From positions 64,001-128,000 of the IMG/VR virus record IMGVR_UViG_3300024518_000034: DNA of 64,000 nt; one strand, written 5' to 3'. This stretch comes from a virus. Positions 50,419 through 59,200 of the stretch are shown one piece after another. How positions within the stretch are numbered: position 1 is the first letter of the stretch; the number at the start of each line of letters is the position of its first letter. The position numbers were made by a program, and so were the translations under genes. Below the pieces are notes generated by a model that saw only the letters and a list, made by a program, of their open reading frames with translations, had not been told where the DNA came from and did not search any database.

Positions 50419-50491
50419 TGTGGAGTGATGTAATTTGGTAGCATACGGCGCTGTTAACGCCTCTGTCGGGGTTCAAGTCCCTGCTCCACAG
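50419..50491 (+). tRNA. tRNA-Asn(GTT)
   Basis: TGTGGAG/CTCCACA, loop CTGTTAA; no CCA. Confidence 0.85.
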
Positions 50492-50560
50492 TTAGACTGA
50501 ATGTAATAAGAGTTACAATAACTGATGATGTTTGTAATGGTACGGACTCAGATAAGTACC

Positions 50561-50578
50561 CACCTTCGGGTGTTTTTT
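50561..50578 (+). terminator. Rho-independent terminator
   Basis: CACC-TTCG-GGTG-TTTTTT. Confidence 0.6.
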
Positions 50579-50712
50579 AAATATTCTGAAAGATTTATGT
50601 TTTTTGAAGTATAGTATGTAGTACCTACTAACTTTTATTGACGTATGTCAGTCATTTCGCAGATATGATGTTAGTGGTACAATGTGTACTAACAGTAGAT
50701 GGTTAGGAAATA

Positions 50713-50991
50713 ATGCTGGAAGATTTAAGAACAAAGAAGAAAGTAAAATTAAAGAAATTGAAAAAGAGATATCAGAATTGCAACATTGTAGAAAAGATAT
50801 GGCGTAGAAGATGGTATCTTTTAATACCGTACCACACTTTTAGGTTTTATTATTATACGAGGAAGAAGAGTAGTTTTAGGATGTCTTTGAGGCATTGTTA
50901 TAAACTTGCAGTTGGGATGGCTCAATATAAAATGAACTGGATGTATGGTTGGAAAGAAGTAAAAGAGAGAATAGAAAATAAGTTAAAATAA
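50713..50991 (+). CDS. Hypothetical basic protein
   Basis: 92 aa ORF with AGGA SD. Confidence 0.6.
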   Translation: MLEDLRTKKKVKLKKLKKRYQNCNIVEKIWRRRWYLLIPYHTFRFYYYTRKKSSFRMSLRHCYKLAVGMAQYKMNWMYGWKEVKERIENKLK

Positions 50992-50992
50992 A

Positions 50993-51069
50993 CTACCTAT
51001 AGGCTAATTTGGCAAGTCGCTCGGTTTGGGTCCGAGAGAGTGGAGGTTCAAATCCTCCTAGGTAGACCA
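50993..51069 (+). tRNA. tRNA-Pro(TGG)
   Basis: CTACCTA/TAGGTAG, loop TTTGGGT, CCA. Confidence 0.92.
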
Positions 51070-51085
51070 TGGAGGGGGTAGGAGG

Positions 51086-51436
51086 ATGTTGTTAGATTAT
51101 AAACAGGAGGACGGTAAAATAAATATGCATATAAACCTTATGAACGGTCCATTGGATGGACAAAGATTTGCTATAAATGACCCCCCAGACGAGATATCTC
51201 TACCGTTATATGTTTTTAAGAATAGACAGATATCTAACGTGTTTATGGATAGTAAGAAAGCTTGGCACTATGAACATAAACTACCTAATAGAGACTACTG
51301 CCCATCCCCTAAGGCTATTGGAAAAGCCATCTATAGGCATAATTTTAGAATTAAAGAAGAAAAGGGTAAAATAATAGAGAAGTATTATGCTTATGTAAGA
51401 AGCGAAAAGATAGAAGAAAAAGAAAAAGAGAAATAA
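51086..51436 (+). CDS. Hypothetical protein
   Basis: Strong SD; L-x-GPLDG motif. Confidence 0.65.
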   Translation: MLLDYKQEDGKINMHINLMNGPLDGQRFAINDPPDEISLPLYVFKNRQISNVFMDSKKAWHYEHKLPNRDYCPSPKAIGKAIYRHNFRIKEEKGKIIEKYYAYVRSEKIEEKEKEK

Positions 51437-51465
51437 TACATTTTCGCTTTCATTTTTTTACCTCC

Positions 51466-51502
51466 AGGGTCTTGCGATTTTACGTCGTAAGGCCCTATTT
51501 TT
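51466..51502 (+). terminator. Rho-independent terminator-like hairpin
   Basis: 12-bp stem AGGGTCTTGCGA/TCGTAAGGCCCT followed by ATTTTT. Confidence 0.7.
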
Positions 51503-51532
51503 ATTCTATTGTATATATGGAGATAGGATGAT

Positions 51533-52855
51533 ATGAGATACTGTATGCCATGTAAAAGTGAACCGGATAAGAATGACGCGAAATATGCCTCATATGGCAT
51601 CTGCAATCGTTGTTATATTAATAATAATAAAATGATTGCAGCAGAACGCATCGTACAATCTATTTTAATTACAGCAGCAGAACCCAAAAAGAAACGAAAG
51701 AGAAAAAAGAAGAAAAAGGACCAGCCAGAGGAAAAACCTTATCCTGATTATGACGACCCGTATTGGACAGAGGGGATAGAAGAAAGAAGGATGACCTATC
51801 CAGAAGAAAGGCCACCAAAAGATCCTGTCCACCTAGCCCCTGGATATGAAAATAGGATGAGAACGAAAGAAGAAATTCCAGGCAGAAGAAGAAGGTTACT
51901 TACAATTGATGAGCTTGTAAGAAGCGCTGAAATGATGGATTCGTGGAAGGATTGGTATGAGAGAAATGATGGAATTATAGAAGAGCTTTTTGGTGCTGAT
52001 ACAGATTTGTTAAAAAGTCTTTTAGCGCTAACTTCACCAAATAACGCAGTTAAAGGAAATGTTACGCAAGCTATGAAAGCTTATGTTAAAATCTTGAAAG
52101 GCGAGCCAATTAGACCAGGAGATCAAGATAGACCAGGGTCAGATTTCTTACCAAACCATGCGATAAATATAAATAAGATGCTTAGAGGAGAACCAATTAG
52201 TGGCCCCAAAGTGATTCCTTTTGAGAAGAATGTATTTGGCGATAGATTGGCGGTAACGATAGATCTCCACATGCAACAATTGTTTTATGGAGAGTGGGGA
52301 ACTTGTCCTGGTTGCAAGGGTGCAGGAAAAGGCAAAGTAAATGGAAGAATGCAAAAGTGTAAAACTTGCAAAGGGAACAAAGAAGGATATTTTTTAGGTA
52401 AGTCAGTTGTCAGTGCAGATCACACAATGTTTTATGCAGATAAGATTGTCAGAGAAGTGGCTGAAGAGTTAGGGTGGGCACCACCTGAAACTCAAGCTGC
52501 TTTATGGGCTTTTAATTTAGAATTAAGAAATGAGGAGGTACAAAGTTATGACGGAGTATTGGAAGCAAGGTCAGAAGAATACGGAGAAATCATCAGAATT
52601 CTCCAAGAAGAATACGGAACACTCTTCGAAAGATCAGGAGGAGGGCAAGGAGGAATTGATGAGCCACTTAGCGGAAGCGGTCAAGACAAGATCGAATTCA
52701 GTACAGAACGCAGCCCTCTTTTGGAAGAAACTGAAGGAGAAGGTGAACAAGAGCAGGGAAGACAGAGGTTTGAAACCTATCCCGTAAACTTAAAAAAGTT
52801 TGATCCGATGGATCCAGAAGATCCAGAAGATTTTAATCCACTAAAACCAAATTAA
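51533..52855 (+). CDS. Protein with HhH-glycosylase-like core (DUF7178-like) and Zn-finger insert
   Basis: LALTSPN-GPKV-AVTIDLHM-IVREVAEELGW-ETQAALW; CPGC-CKTC. Confidence 0.6.
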   Translation: MRYCMPCKSEPDKNDAKYASYGICNRCYINNNKMIAAERIVQSILITAAEPKKKRKRKKKKKDQPEEKPYPDYDDPYWTEGIEERRMTYPEERPPKDPVHLAPGYENRMRTKEEIPGRRRRLLTIDELVRSAEMMDSWKDWYERNDGIIEELFGADTDLLKSLLALTSPNNAVKGNVTQAMKAYVKILKGEPIRPGDQDRPGSDFLPNHAININKMLRGEPISGPKVIPFEKNVFGDRLAVTIDLHMQQLFYGEWGTCPGCKGAGKGKVNGRMQKCKTCKGNKEGYFLGKSVVSADHTMFYADKIVREVAEELGWAPPETQAALWAFNLELRNEEVQSYDGVLEARSEEYGEIIRILQEEYGTLFERSGGGQGGIDEPLSGSGQDKIEFSTERSPLLEETEGEGEQEQGRQRFETYPVNLKKFDPMDPEDPEDFNPLKPN

Positions 52856-52926
52856 TCTAGTATAGTACTTTTGAAGCCCATCAGGACTTCAACCCCTACC
52901 CCCCTTTCTTCGCTTGTCCGCGTTGT

Positions 52927-52955
52927 AGGCCCCCAGTTCGCTGGGGGCCTTTTTT
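52927..52955 (+). terminator. Strong Rho-independent terminator
   Basis: AGGCCCCCAG-TTCG-CTGGGGGCCT-TTTTT. Confidence 0.92.
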
Positions 52956-52957
52956 AA

Positions 52958-52986
52958 TTGACAGGACAGCGGTTCTAGGCTATGAT
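52958..52986 (+). promoter_or_regulatory. Near-consensus sigma70 promoter
   Basis: TTGACA-17 nt-TATGAT. Confidence 0.85.
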
Positions 52987-52990
52987 AGAT

Positions 52991-53047
52991 GTACTTGGTG
53001 AGTCGAGCCTGTTTTCCCTATAGAGAAGACGTGGCTCGTATGAGTAC
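52991..53047 (+). ncRNA. Candidate long-hairpin small RNA
   Basis: GTACT/AGTAC, CGAGCC/GGCTCG, GTTTTC/GAAGAC nested stems just after the promoter. Confidence 0.45.
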
Positions 53048-53060
53048 CAGCAATCCTTAC

Positions 53061-53120
53061 ATAGTTAAATAGCGTAAATAGCGTAAATAGTTAAATAGCG
53101 TAAATAGTTAAATAGCGCAA
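53061..53120 (+). repeat. Array of seven 8/9-nt AT-rich units
   Basis: ATAGTTAA x3, ATAGCGTAA x3, ATAGCGCAA x1. Confidence 0.9.
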
Positions 53121-53129
53121 CATACGGCA

Positions 53130-53158
53130 TTGACAAAAGCCAACATGTGCAGTAGACT
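53130..53158 (+). promoter_or_regulatory. Sigma70 promoter
   Basis: TTGACA-17 nt-TAGACT. Confidence 0.75.
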
Positions 53159-53232
53159 AGATGAATAGTATAAAGAACAAATAACAAAACAGTTAAGGAT
53201 TTTAAGCGAGAGAAAAAGGAGAGCAAAATAAG

Positions 53233-55407
53233 ATGGGTAAAAAGTTTTATATTGAAAGGTTAAAAATAGAAGTAAAAATTCCTGACAACTACTATCTTTC
53301 AGAAGAAGATCATGAAGTGGCAGAAGATGATCTAACTTGGTGGAAGGCGAAAGAGGATTTTGTAACACCAAGTCATGTGGGAGAGTTAGCGGGCGATAAA
53401 TATTGCTGCATTTCGCCATGTGATAGAAATCATCCCCCTCACGGTTACGAGTTAGTACCAGACGACAGTGAAGAAATAGTTAAAAAAGATTGGAAGTGGT
53501 GGGGGGCGGCAAAGAGGTGGGTTAGGACGGACTGCTCAATAGGAAAAGTTGTAAAAGATTTGTATACAGTAAATGGACTGCACGGACTAGCGAAACCAAT
53601 AGTAAAGCTTCCAGCAATCCCAGAAGGCTTTGAATTAGCTAAAGTGGGCGAAAGAAAAGAGGCTGGCTGGATGTATTTTTCTGCCAATGGGGATTGGAAG
53701 ATTGGCACTTTTTCACTAGTTGGAAACATTTTACGTAAAGGTGGGGCGTTGACTTTTGTCAAGCCAATCAAGGCAAAGCTTCCAGCAATCCCAGAAGGCT
53801 TTGAGTTAGTTAAAAAGGATGAAAAAATTATCCAACACACTTGGAAAGTTTGGCATAAAACGTCAGGGTGGAATAGAACCGTTGACGCTGGTGCTGACAG
53901 AATGAGAGCGGAGGGCACTAGTAAACTAATTTACATAAAGCCAGCGAAGAAAATGACTGGCTGGATGATATCGAATGCGCCAGAAGGGTATGAATTAGTG
54001 CCAAAAAGCAGCGAAGAATTAATTCAAAAAGGTTGGTTAACTTATGTATATTGGGAAGAGCTTGACGAGAATGGTAAACAGTTAGAATGGAAACCATCAA
54101 GTCATCATGCCATTGGACGTAAAAATAACACTACCGCTGAAAAATACGCTAAACCAGTCGCAAAGAGAAAAGAAGAAAGGAAGGAATCAGTGATAGATCA
54201 GAAATTGAAACCAAAGAAGCAGATGTACAAAGAGTACGTGAAGTTGCAGAATCTCAAAAAAGATCATGCAAATTTGGCTCACGAGTATAAGGAATTGTTG
54301 GCTAAGCATGACTCGTTGAGAGAAGCCGAAGAAGCGCAACAATGTGCGCTTGAAGATTTGCAAGACGAGTACAACGGACAGGTGTGTAGGAATGAGGATC
54401 TACAAGACGAGTACGACGAGTTGGAATCGGAAAAGGAATCTTTGCAAGACGAGTACGACGAGTTGGAATCGGAAAAGGAATCTTTGCAAGACGAGTACGA
54501 CGAGTTGGAGAGTGAAAAAGAAGAGCTTGAACAGGAACGCGATGAAATAAGAGAAGAATATAGTTCCGCCTTGGATGAAAGAGCAGAGCTTCAACAGGAT
54601 TGCGAAGATTATTCTGAAAAATTAGATGATGTGGAAGTAGTTTATGAGGAAACTAAAAAGGCATTTGGTGAATATCAGACAAAGGCAAAGGCTAAGATTA
54701 GAGAACTTGAAGATATCGCAGATAAGCACTATCAAGAAGCGCATGTGAATAAGTTGAAAGCCGCTGCCTACGACACCGTAGCCGGTCATGCCGCTGCCTA
54801 CGACAAAGATAGAAAAATCTACAAAACAGAAGAAGCCAAATATAGAAATCTATATGTTGCTGCTGTTAAGACCATCAACGAACAGGAAGAGAAGGAAAAG
54901 TCACAAAAGAAACGCAACAATGCTCTTATTGACACTGTGAAAAGTCTAGTAAAGAAGTATTCGAAATATGCAAGAATCTACAAGGGGCTATGTATCGTTT
55001 CGGATGATTCAGGAATAGACGGACATTTCGAAGATGAACACGCCTGTGTATCACCGTATAAGCCAGAAGTTCATGGGTCGCTAAATGGTGATCAGGAAGA
55101 ATTGTTGGAAATGCTGGGCTGGAAGAATGACGGGGATGACATGTACGTGTACGATCTGAGAAGTGATGAAGAAAAGAAGAAAGATGCTGATAAGACTAAG
55201 TTTTATGAAGAACTTGCAATATTAGGACCAGTGGAACCATTACCACAACCGCTAGACTATGACTGCCCTCACTGTGAAACGAAGTTGATCGAAGGTGTTG
55301 AGGGTGAAGTTTTAAGTTGCGGTAATTGTGGTGAAGATATTGGATGGAGTGACGAGTATGGGTATGTGTTAGTCATTGATCCGATTGAGGAAGATTTGGA
55401 CATATAA
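53233..55407 (+). CDS. Modular protein: P[EH]G[FY]EL repeats, long coiled coil, C-terminal Zn ribbon
   Basis: 4-5 N-terminal repeats; LQDEYDELESEKES tandem repeats; CPHC-CGNC. Confidence 0.8.
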   Translation: MGKKFYIERLKIEVKIPDNYYLSEEDHEVAEDDLTWWKAKEDFVTPSHVGELAGDKYCCISPCDRNHPPHGYELVPDDSEEIVKKDWKWWGAAKRWVRTDCSIGKVVKDLYTVNGLHGLAKPIVKLPAIPEGFELAKVGERKEAGWMYFSANGDWKIGTFSLVGNILRKGGALTFVKPIKAKLPAIPEGFELVKKDEKIIQHTWKVWHKTSGWNRTVDAGADRMRAEGTSKLIYIKPAKKMTGWMISNAPEGYELVPKSSEELIQKGWLTYVYWEELDENGKQLEWKPSSHHAIGRKNNTTAEKYAKPVAKRKEERKESVIDQKLKPKKQMYKEYVKLQNLKKDHANLAHEYKELLAKHDSLREAEEAQQCALEDLQDEYNGQVCRNEDLQDEYDELESEKESLQDEYDELESEKESLQDEYDELESEKEELEQERDEIREEYSSALDERAELQQDCEDYSEKLDDVEVVYEETKKAFGEYQTKAKAKIRELEDIADKHYQEAHVNKLKAAAYDTVAGHAAAYDKDRKIYKTEEAKYRNLYVAAVKTINEQEEKEKSQKKRNNALIDTVKSLVKKYSKYARIYKGLCIVSDDSGIDGHFEDEHACVSPYKPEVHGSLNGDQEELLEMLGWKNDGDDMYVYDLRSDEEKKKDADKTKFYEELAILGPVEPLPQPLDYDCPHCETKLIEGVEGEVLSCGNCGEDIGWSDEYGYVLVIDPIEEDLDI
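54361..54528 (+). repeat. 42-nt in-frame tandem repeat (4 units)
   Basis: Units start CAAGACGAGTAC at 54361, 54403, 54445, 54487; the middle two are identical. Confidence 0.9.
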
Positions 55408-55820
55408 TGAGTGTCTGGTCGAAAGGCCAGACACAGCTTCTCTTTGACGAATATAGAAGTTGGGCGAACCAACACGAGTGGGACATATATGCACACTTAA
55501 CTTTTGGAAAGAAGACAAGCTACAATCTGGCACGAGAGAAATTTAGGAAGTGGATAAGGGCGATAGAAAAGCACGAAAATATAAAGGGCAAGACATCATA
55601 CTACATGTCGGTCGAATTCAATAAGGCTGGTGCCCATATCCACGCTGTTGGGAAGAATATTAAGGACGTTAACTTTGCTAGAAAGTGGTGGACAAAACAC
55701 CATGGCAAGTGTATGATAGAAGCATACGATGAAAAGCAAGACGGCATAGGATACATTACTAAAATAGTAAATGTCGGAGGGACACCGGATCCATGGGGGC
55801 CGGTTTGGAAAGGTAAATAA
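55407..55820 (+). CDS. Minimal HUH (rolling-circle Rep-like) endonuclease
   Basis: Motif I HLTF, motif II VEF-AHIHA, motif III GYITK in canonical order. Confidence 0.72.
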   Translation: MSVWSKGQTQLLFDEYRSWANQHEWDIYAHLTFGKKTSYNLAREKFRKWIRAIEKHENIKGKTSYYMSVEFNKAGAHIHAVGKNIKDVNFARKWWTKHHGKCMIEAYDEKQDGIGYITKIVNVGGTPDPWGPVWKGK

Positions 55821-55821
55821 A

Positions 55822-55995
55822 ATGAGAGAAAAAGATTTTTTGGAAAGATTTGAAAGTGGAATGACAAGAAAAAGCAATTCAATATTTACGGGAGTTGGAA
55901 TAATTTTTGTAGGAACATTATTGTTGAATCTAGGTTTGCTGGCATTTGGAATCTGGGTTATTGTTAAACTTATGCAACATTTCGGAGTTATTTAA
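55822..55995 (+). CDS. Small membrane protein
   Basis: Long hydrophobic C-terminal half. Confidence 0.6.
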   Translation: MREKDFLERFESGMTRKSNSIFTGVGIIFVGTLLLNLGLLAFGIWVIVKLMQHFGVI

Positions 55996-56523
55996 ATGTT
56001 AACAGCGGGACAAAAAGAAAAGCTTTTAAAGTGGGACGAGGATTTTTCGGATATGCCTTACGACTATATGTATAAAGCATATATCAAGCCGAGAAACAAG
56101 AGAAGGGTATTCTTTCAAGAAACGTTCAATATTGCTGCAAGGCATATGATTGAACAAGGCGAAAGAGCGTACATGAAGGGCTACAACAACATGTACGAAA
56201 CCAGAGGTGGTCTTAAAAGTCCTGTCAGAGTATTAATCTCTGACAGAGACTGGATTCTGCCAGTAGAGTTTGCTGGCGATAAGAGAAGGCCAGCATATTG
56301 GATTCCATCGAAAATGGAATTTACCTCTTGTGACACAGGAGTGGTAGCGGGGGCGTTGATGAAAGCGGGACACGATTTGGATCTTTGTAAAAAATTGCAA
56401 AAGATTCATGATAACGTGGAACCAAAATTTTGGGAAAAAGCCTTGAACAGATTGGCAGAATCGTATAAGATCTATGGAGTAAAAAGATCTTGGTATAAAA
56501 CTAAGGAGAAGTATCGTGATTGA
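55996..56523 (+). CDS. Hypothetical protein
   Basis: 175 aa packed ORF. Confidence 0.65.
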   Translation: MLTAGQKEKLLKWDEDFSDMPYDYMYKAYIKPRNKRRVFFQETFNIAARHMIEQGERAYMKGYNNMYETRGGLKSPVRVLISDRDWILPVEFAGDKRRPAYWIPSKMEFTSCDTGVVAGALMKAGHDLDLCKKLQKIHDNVEPKFWEKALNRLAESYKIYGVKRSWYKTKEKYRD

Positions 56524-56938
56524 ACTAAGAAATGTAGAAGAGAAAATTGACTTGGAACTTTCATATCAAACATTGTATGCGTGGGTGCAACATGTAGATT
56601 TTGACAAACGCCAGGCGGGTGACCATACGTGGATCGATGGTGCAGTTGCAGACGCACTATGGAGAGACACTCCAGCGTTTAGTGGAATAAATCGTACACC
56701 ACTGTTGCACAGATTGGAAGATACAGCTAGAGTTATAACGGTAGTTAAAATTTATGAAAATCCAACAGACTATAAGAATGGATTTTTACCAATTAGTTCG
56801 GGCGTCTCTATTTGTGATTTTCGTGATCAATGGTGTAGAAAAGTGGGAAGAGATAAAGCTCTCAGAAGAGCTTTGGGTAAAATTGGTTATCTGTTAGATA
56901 CGCCTAAAGGCGTAGTAAAAACATTTAGAACTCAATAA
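56516..56938 (+). CDS. Hypothetical protein
   Basis: C-terminal CDFRDQWCRKVGRDKALRRA motif. Confidence 0.65.
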   Translation: MIELRNVEEKIDLELSYQTLYAWVQHVDFDKRQAGDHTWIDGAVADALWRDTPAFSGINRTPLLHRLEDTARVITVVKIYENPTDYKNGFLPISSGVSICDFRDQWCRKVGRDKALRRALGKIGYLLDTPKGVVKTFRTQ

Positions 56939-56951
56939 GGAGGTAAATTTG

Positions 56952-57100
56952 ATGAAAAAAGATTTTGATTATGGCAATTTTGCTAATGGTAAGTGGTTGT
57001 GCTAAGCTGAAGGCGGTAAGGGCGGTAAGGGCGGTAAGGCAATGGAGAAGATCCACAACCACCAGGACATGATGGGAAGCCAGATAAACAGAATGATTAA
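56952..57100 (+). pseudogene. Frameshifted small Gly/Pro-rich lipoprotein gene
   Basis: SD AAGGAGG; signal peptide ILIMAILLMVSGC lies out of frame with the ATG; GGCGGTAAG x3. Confidence 0.5.
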
Positions 57101-57119
57101 AAAGCTTTATGCAGAAAGT

Positions 57120-57150
57120 AAGGGAGTCCTTTAGGGGACTCCCTTTTTTT
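57120..57150 (+). terminator. Rho-independent terminator
   Basis: AGGGAGTCC-TTTAGG-GGACTCCCT-TTTTTT. Confidence 0.9.
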
Positions 57151-57157
57151 ATTTATT

Positions 57158-57415
57158 ATGAAAATTTACGAATATAAACACAAATACGCAAATGTAAGGG
57201 GATATACTCATTGTTGTGCTGTTTTAGTAGTATATCCATTTAAGCACGCAGAATGGTGCCCTTATCATAACTTTGACACAAAGAAAATCAAGGCTGGTGA
57301 TATACCTATAAATGTAAAAAGACCTTATCTTGAGGGGGATTTGATACAAGATTATCATACGGGGAAAAGATATAGAATGAAAGACGGCTCGTGGGCTGAA
57401 GAAGAAAGTGGATAA
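57158..57415 (+). CDS. Hypothetical protein
   Basis: 85 aa ORF. Confidence 0.55.
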   Translation: MKIYEYKHKYANVRGYTHCCAVLVVYPFKHAEWCPYHNFDTKKIKAGDIPINVKRPYLEGDLIQDYHTGKRYRMKDGSWAEEESG

Positions 57416-57686
57416 TTTTTACATAAACGATTATAAGTCACTATATAGCCAAAAGGTATTCGAGGTCGGAGGAGACAGGAATGAATACATAATATTCTCA
57501 ATTGAAGGAAAAGAGAGATTGAGAATTGGGAAAGATAAATTTTATATAGATGGCAAGCCAACAGAGGACCATAAGAGAATATATGGGGCTTTTGTAGATT
57601 GGCTTATAAAGCAGAACTTATACAAAACTAAACCTAAGTTTAGAATTAGGATGAAAAAGAAAGAAAAACCAGGAGAAGAGGTATAG
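57408..57686 (+). CDS. Hypothetical protein
   Basis: 92 aa ORF overlapping upstream stop. Confidence 0.55.
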   Translation: MDNFYINDYKSLYSQKVFEVGGDRNEYIIFSIEGKERLRIGKDKFYIDGKPTEDHKRIYGAFVDWLIKQNLYKTKPKFRIRMKKKEKPGEEV

Positions 57687-57705
57687 TATTATAGAGGAGA
57701 GATAT

Positions 57706-58101
57706 ATGGATAAGAGGCGAAAAGAAGGACGAGTAGAACAATTTGGTGAAGTTTGCCAAGAGATGGTGGCACTCTTCGCTAAGAAGAATGAAGATTATGG
57801 AGATGCATTTGCGGATTCGGGAACAATTGGTGTATTGGTAAGTATCAACAATAAGATACGAAGATTGCAAAACATTACTAAGACAGGAATTACGCTAGTT
57901 GAAGACGAAAAAATAAGAGACACAGTGTTAGATCTGGCTAACTATTCAGTAATGTTTCTTATGCTATTGGACGAAAAAGAAGAAGGTGAGGAAGACGAGT
58001 ACGAGGAAGAGATAGATTTATTTTTAGATGAGGACGACGAAGAAGAAACGTTTAATGAAAGTGATAGCATAATAGACGAATTATTTGATGAAGAAAAATA
58101 G
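57706..58101 (+). CDS. DUF1599 / nucleotide-modification-associated domain protein
   Basis: FAKKNEDYGDAF-NKIRRL-DTVLDLANYS. Confidence 0.82.
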   Translation: MDKRRKEGRVEQFGEVCQEMVALFAKKNEDYGDAFADSGTIGVLVSINNKIRRLQNITKTGITLVEDEKIRDTVLDLANYSVMFLMLLDEKEEGEEDEYEEEIDLFLDEDDEEETFNESDSIIDELFDEEK

Positions 58102-59200
58102 CCAAGAGATTACCTTAATAGACATATCTATATTGGGCGAAACAGAGCCTACAGATTGTTGTCATATATGTGGCACTGAAGCACACAATAGATGTTCTTG
58201 TTGTAAAAAGAATATTTGTGAATATTGTACCATAGAGAAGAACAATGACAGGAAATGTTATTTGTGTACGTCGAGTCAAGAGAGGGTTGAAATAGATGGT
58301 ATGGATAGTAATAAAACCATATGTATAGATTTCGACGGAGTTATATCTGACTACAAGAGTGGATGGCAAGGTTTGGGAGTATATGGAAAGCCTATACCGG
58401 GAGTGGACAGAGCAACTAAGTGGTTGAAAGATCACGGATGGTTTATCATAATAAATACTTGCAGAGATGAAGATGAACAAATAGCTGAGTTTTGCAAACA
58501 GAACAATATTTGGTTTGATTCAATAAATGAAAACCCAAATCAGCCTAAAGATGGTTCAAGTAAACCAATGGCTGATGTATATCTAGACGACAAAGCAATT
58601 GGGTTTACTGGCGACTGGGGGATGACGCTAGACAAAATTGAGTGTTTTAAACCGTGGTGGGAAGAGCCAGCAGAAGAACAAGTTATTAAGGTGTTTTCGC
58701 AAAAGATAAACGACTCGTGTGGCGACTCGTGTGACGTTTGTGGAAAAGCAATAGAGGGTACACCGCTGAAGTATAACAATGAATGTTATCACAGTGAGTG
58801 TTTGCTGGGAAAGAGAGCGCAAACTCTATTGAGGACGGCTAACACTTTGAACAAGTTAGAAAATAAGATGAAGCACTTTACATTAGACTTTGACGATAGA
58901 AGACATATTGAAAAGCAAATAAAAGACATAAGAGCAATGATAATGATAAAAAAGAAATTTGATCCGCTATTTAGAATGGCGGCAGAAGACAACTTTAGTC
59001 CATCGGCTAATAATGATTCAGAAATAGAAGACGCCGACGACGGTGCATCGGAGCCTGATCCAGTACAAAAAGACAAAAAGTCAACAACTAAGAATTATAT
59101 AGATAGAGATTCTGACGCATTACATCAGGACGATCCAGGTAAACCAACATATCCGAGAGAGAAGAATTTGGTGCATAGACCAAGATCGCTGAATGAATAG
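58085..59200 (+). CDS. HAD-family phosphatase flanked by Zn fingers
   Basis: ICIDFDGV (HAD I), INTCR (II), KPMADVYLDDK (III/IV); Cys-rich fingers on both sides. Confidence 0.75.
   Translation: MMKKNSQEITLIDISILGETEPTDCCHICGTEAHNRCSCCKKNICEYCTIEKNNDRKCYLCTSSQERVEIDGMDSNKTICIDFDGVISDYKSGWQGLGVYGKPIPGVDRATKWLKDHGWFIIINTCRDEDEQIAEFCKQNNIWFDSINENPNQPKDGSSKPMADVYLDDKAIGFTGDWGMTLDKIECFKPWWEEPAEEQVIKVFSQKINDSCGDSCDVCGKAIEGTPLKYNNECYHSECLLGKRAQTLLRTANTLNKLENKMKHFTLDFDDRRHIEKQIKDIRAMIMIKKKFDPLFRMAAEDNFSPSANNDSEIEDADDGASEPDPVQKDKKSTTKNYIDRDSDALHQDDPGKPTYPREKNLVHRPRSLNE

Noticed and set aside
50490-50600. Hammerhead ribozyme at CTGATGA (50522)
   Set aside because: No stem II closed by GAAA and no correctly placed UH cleavage site
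57012-57040. GCGGTAA as a Chi-like overrepresented motif
   Set aside because: Most copies come from two local repeats; no genome-wide count possible
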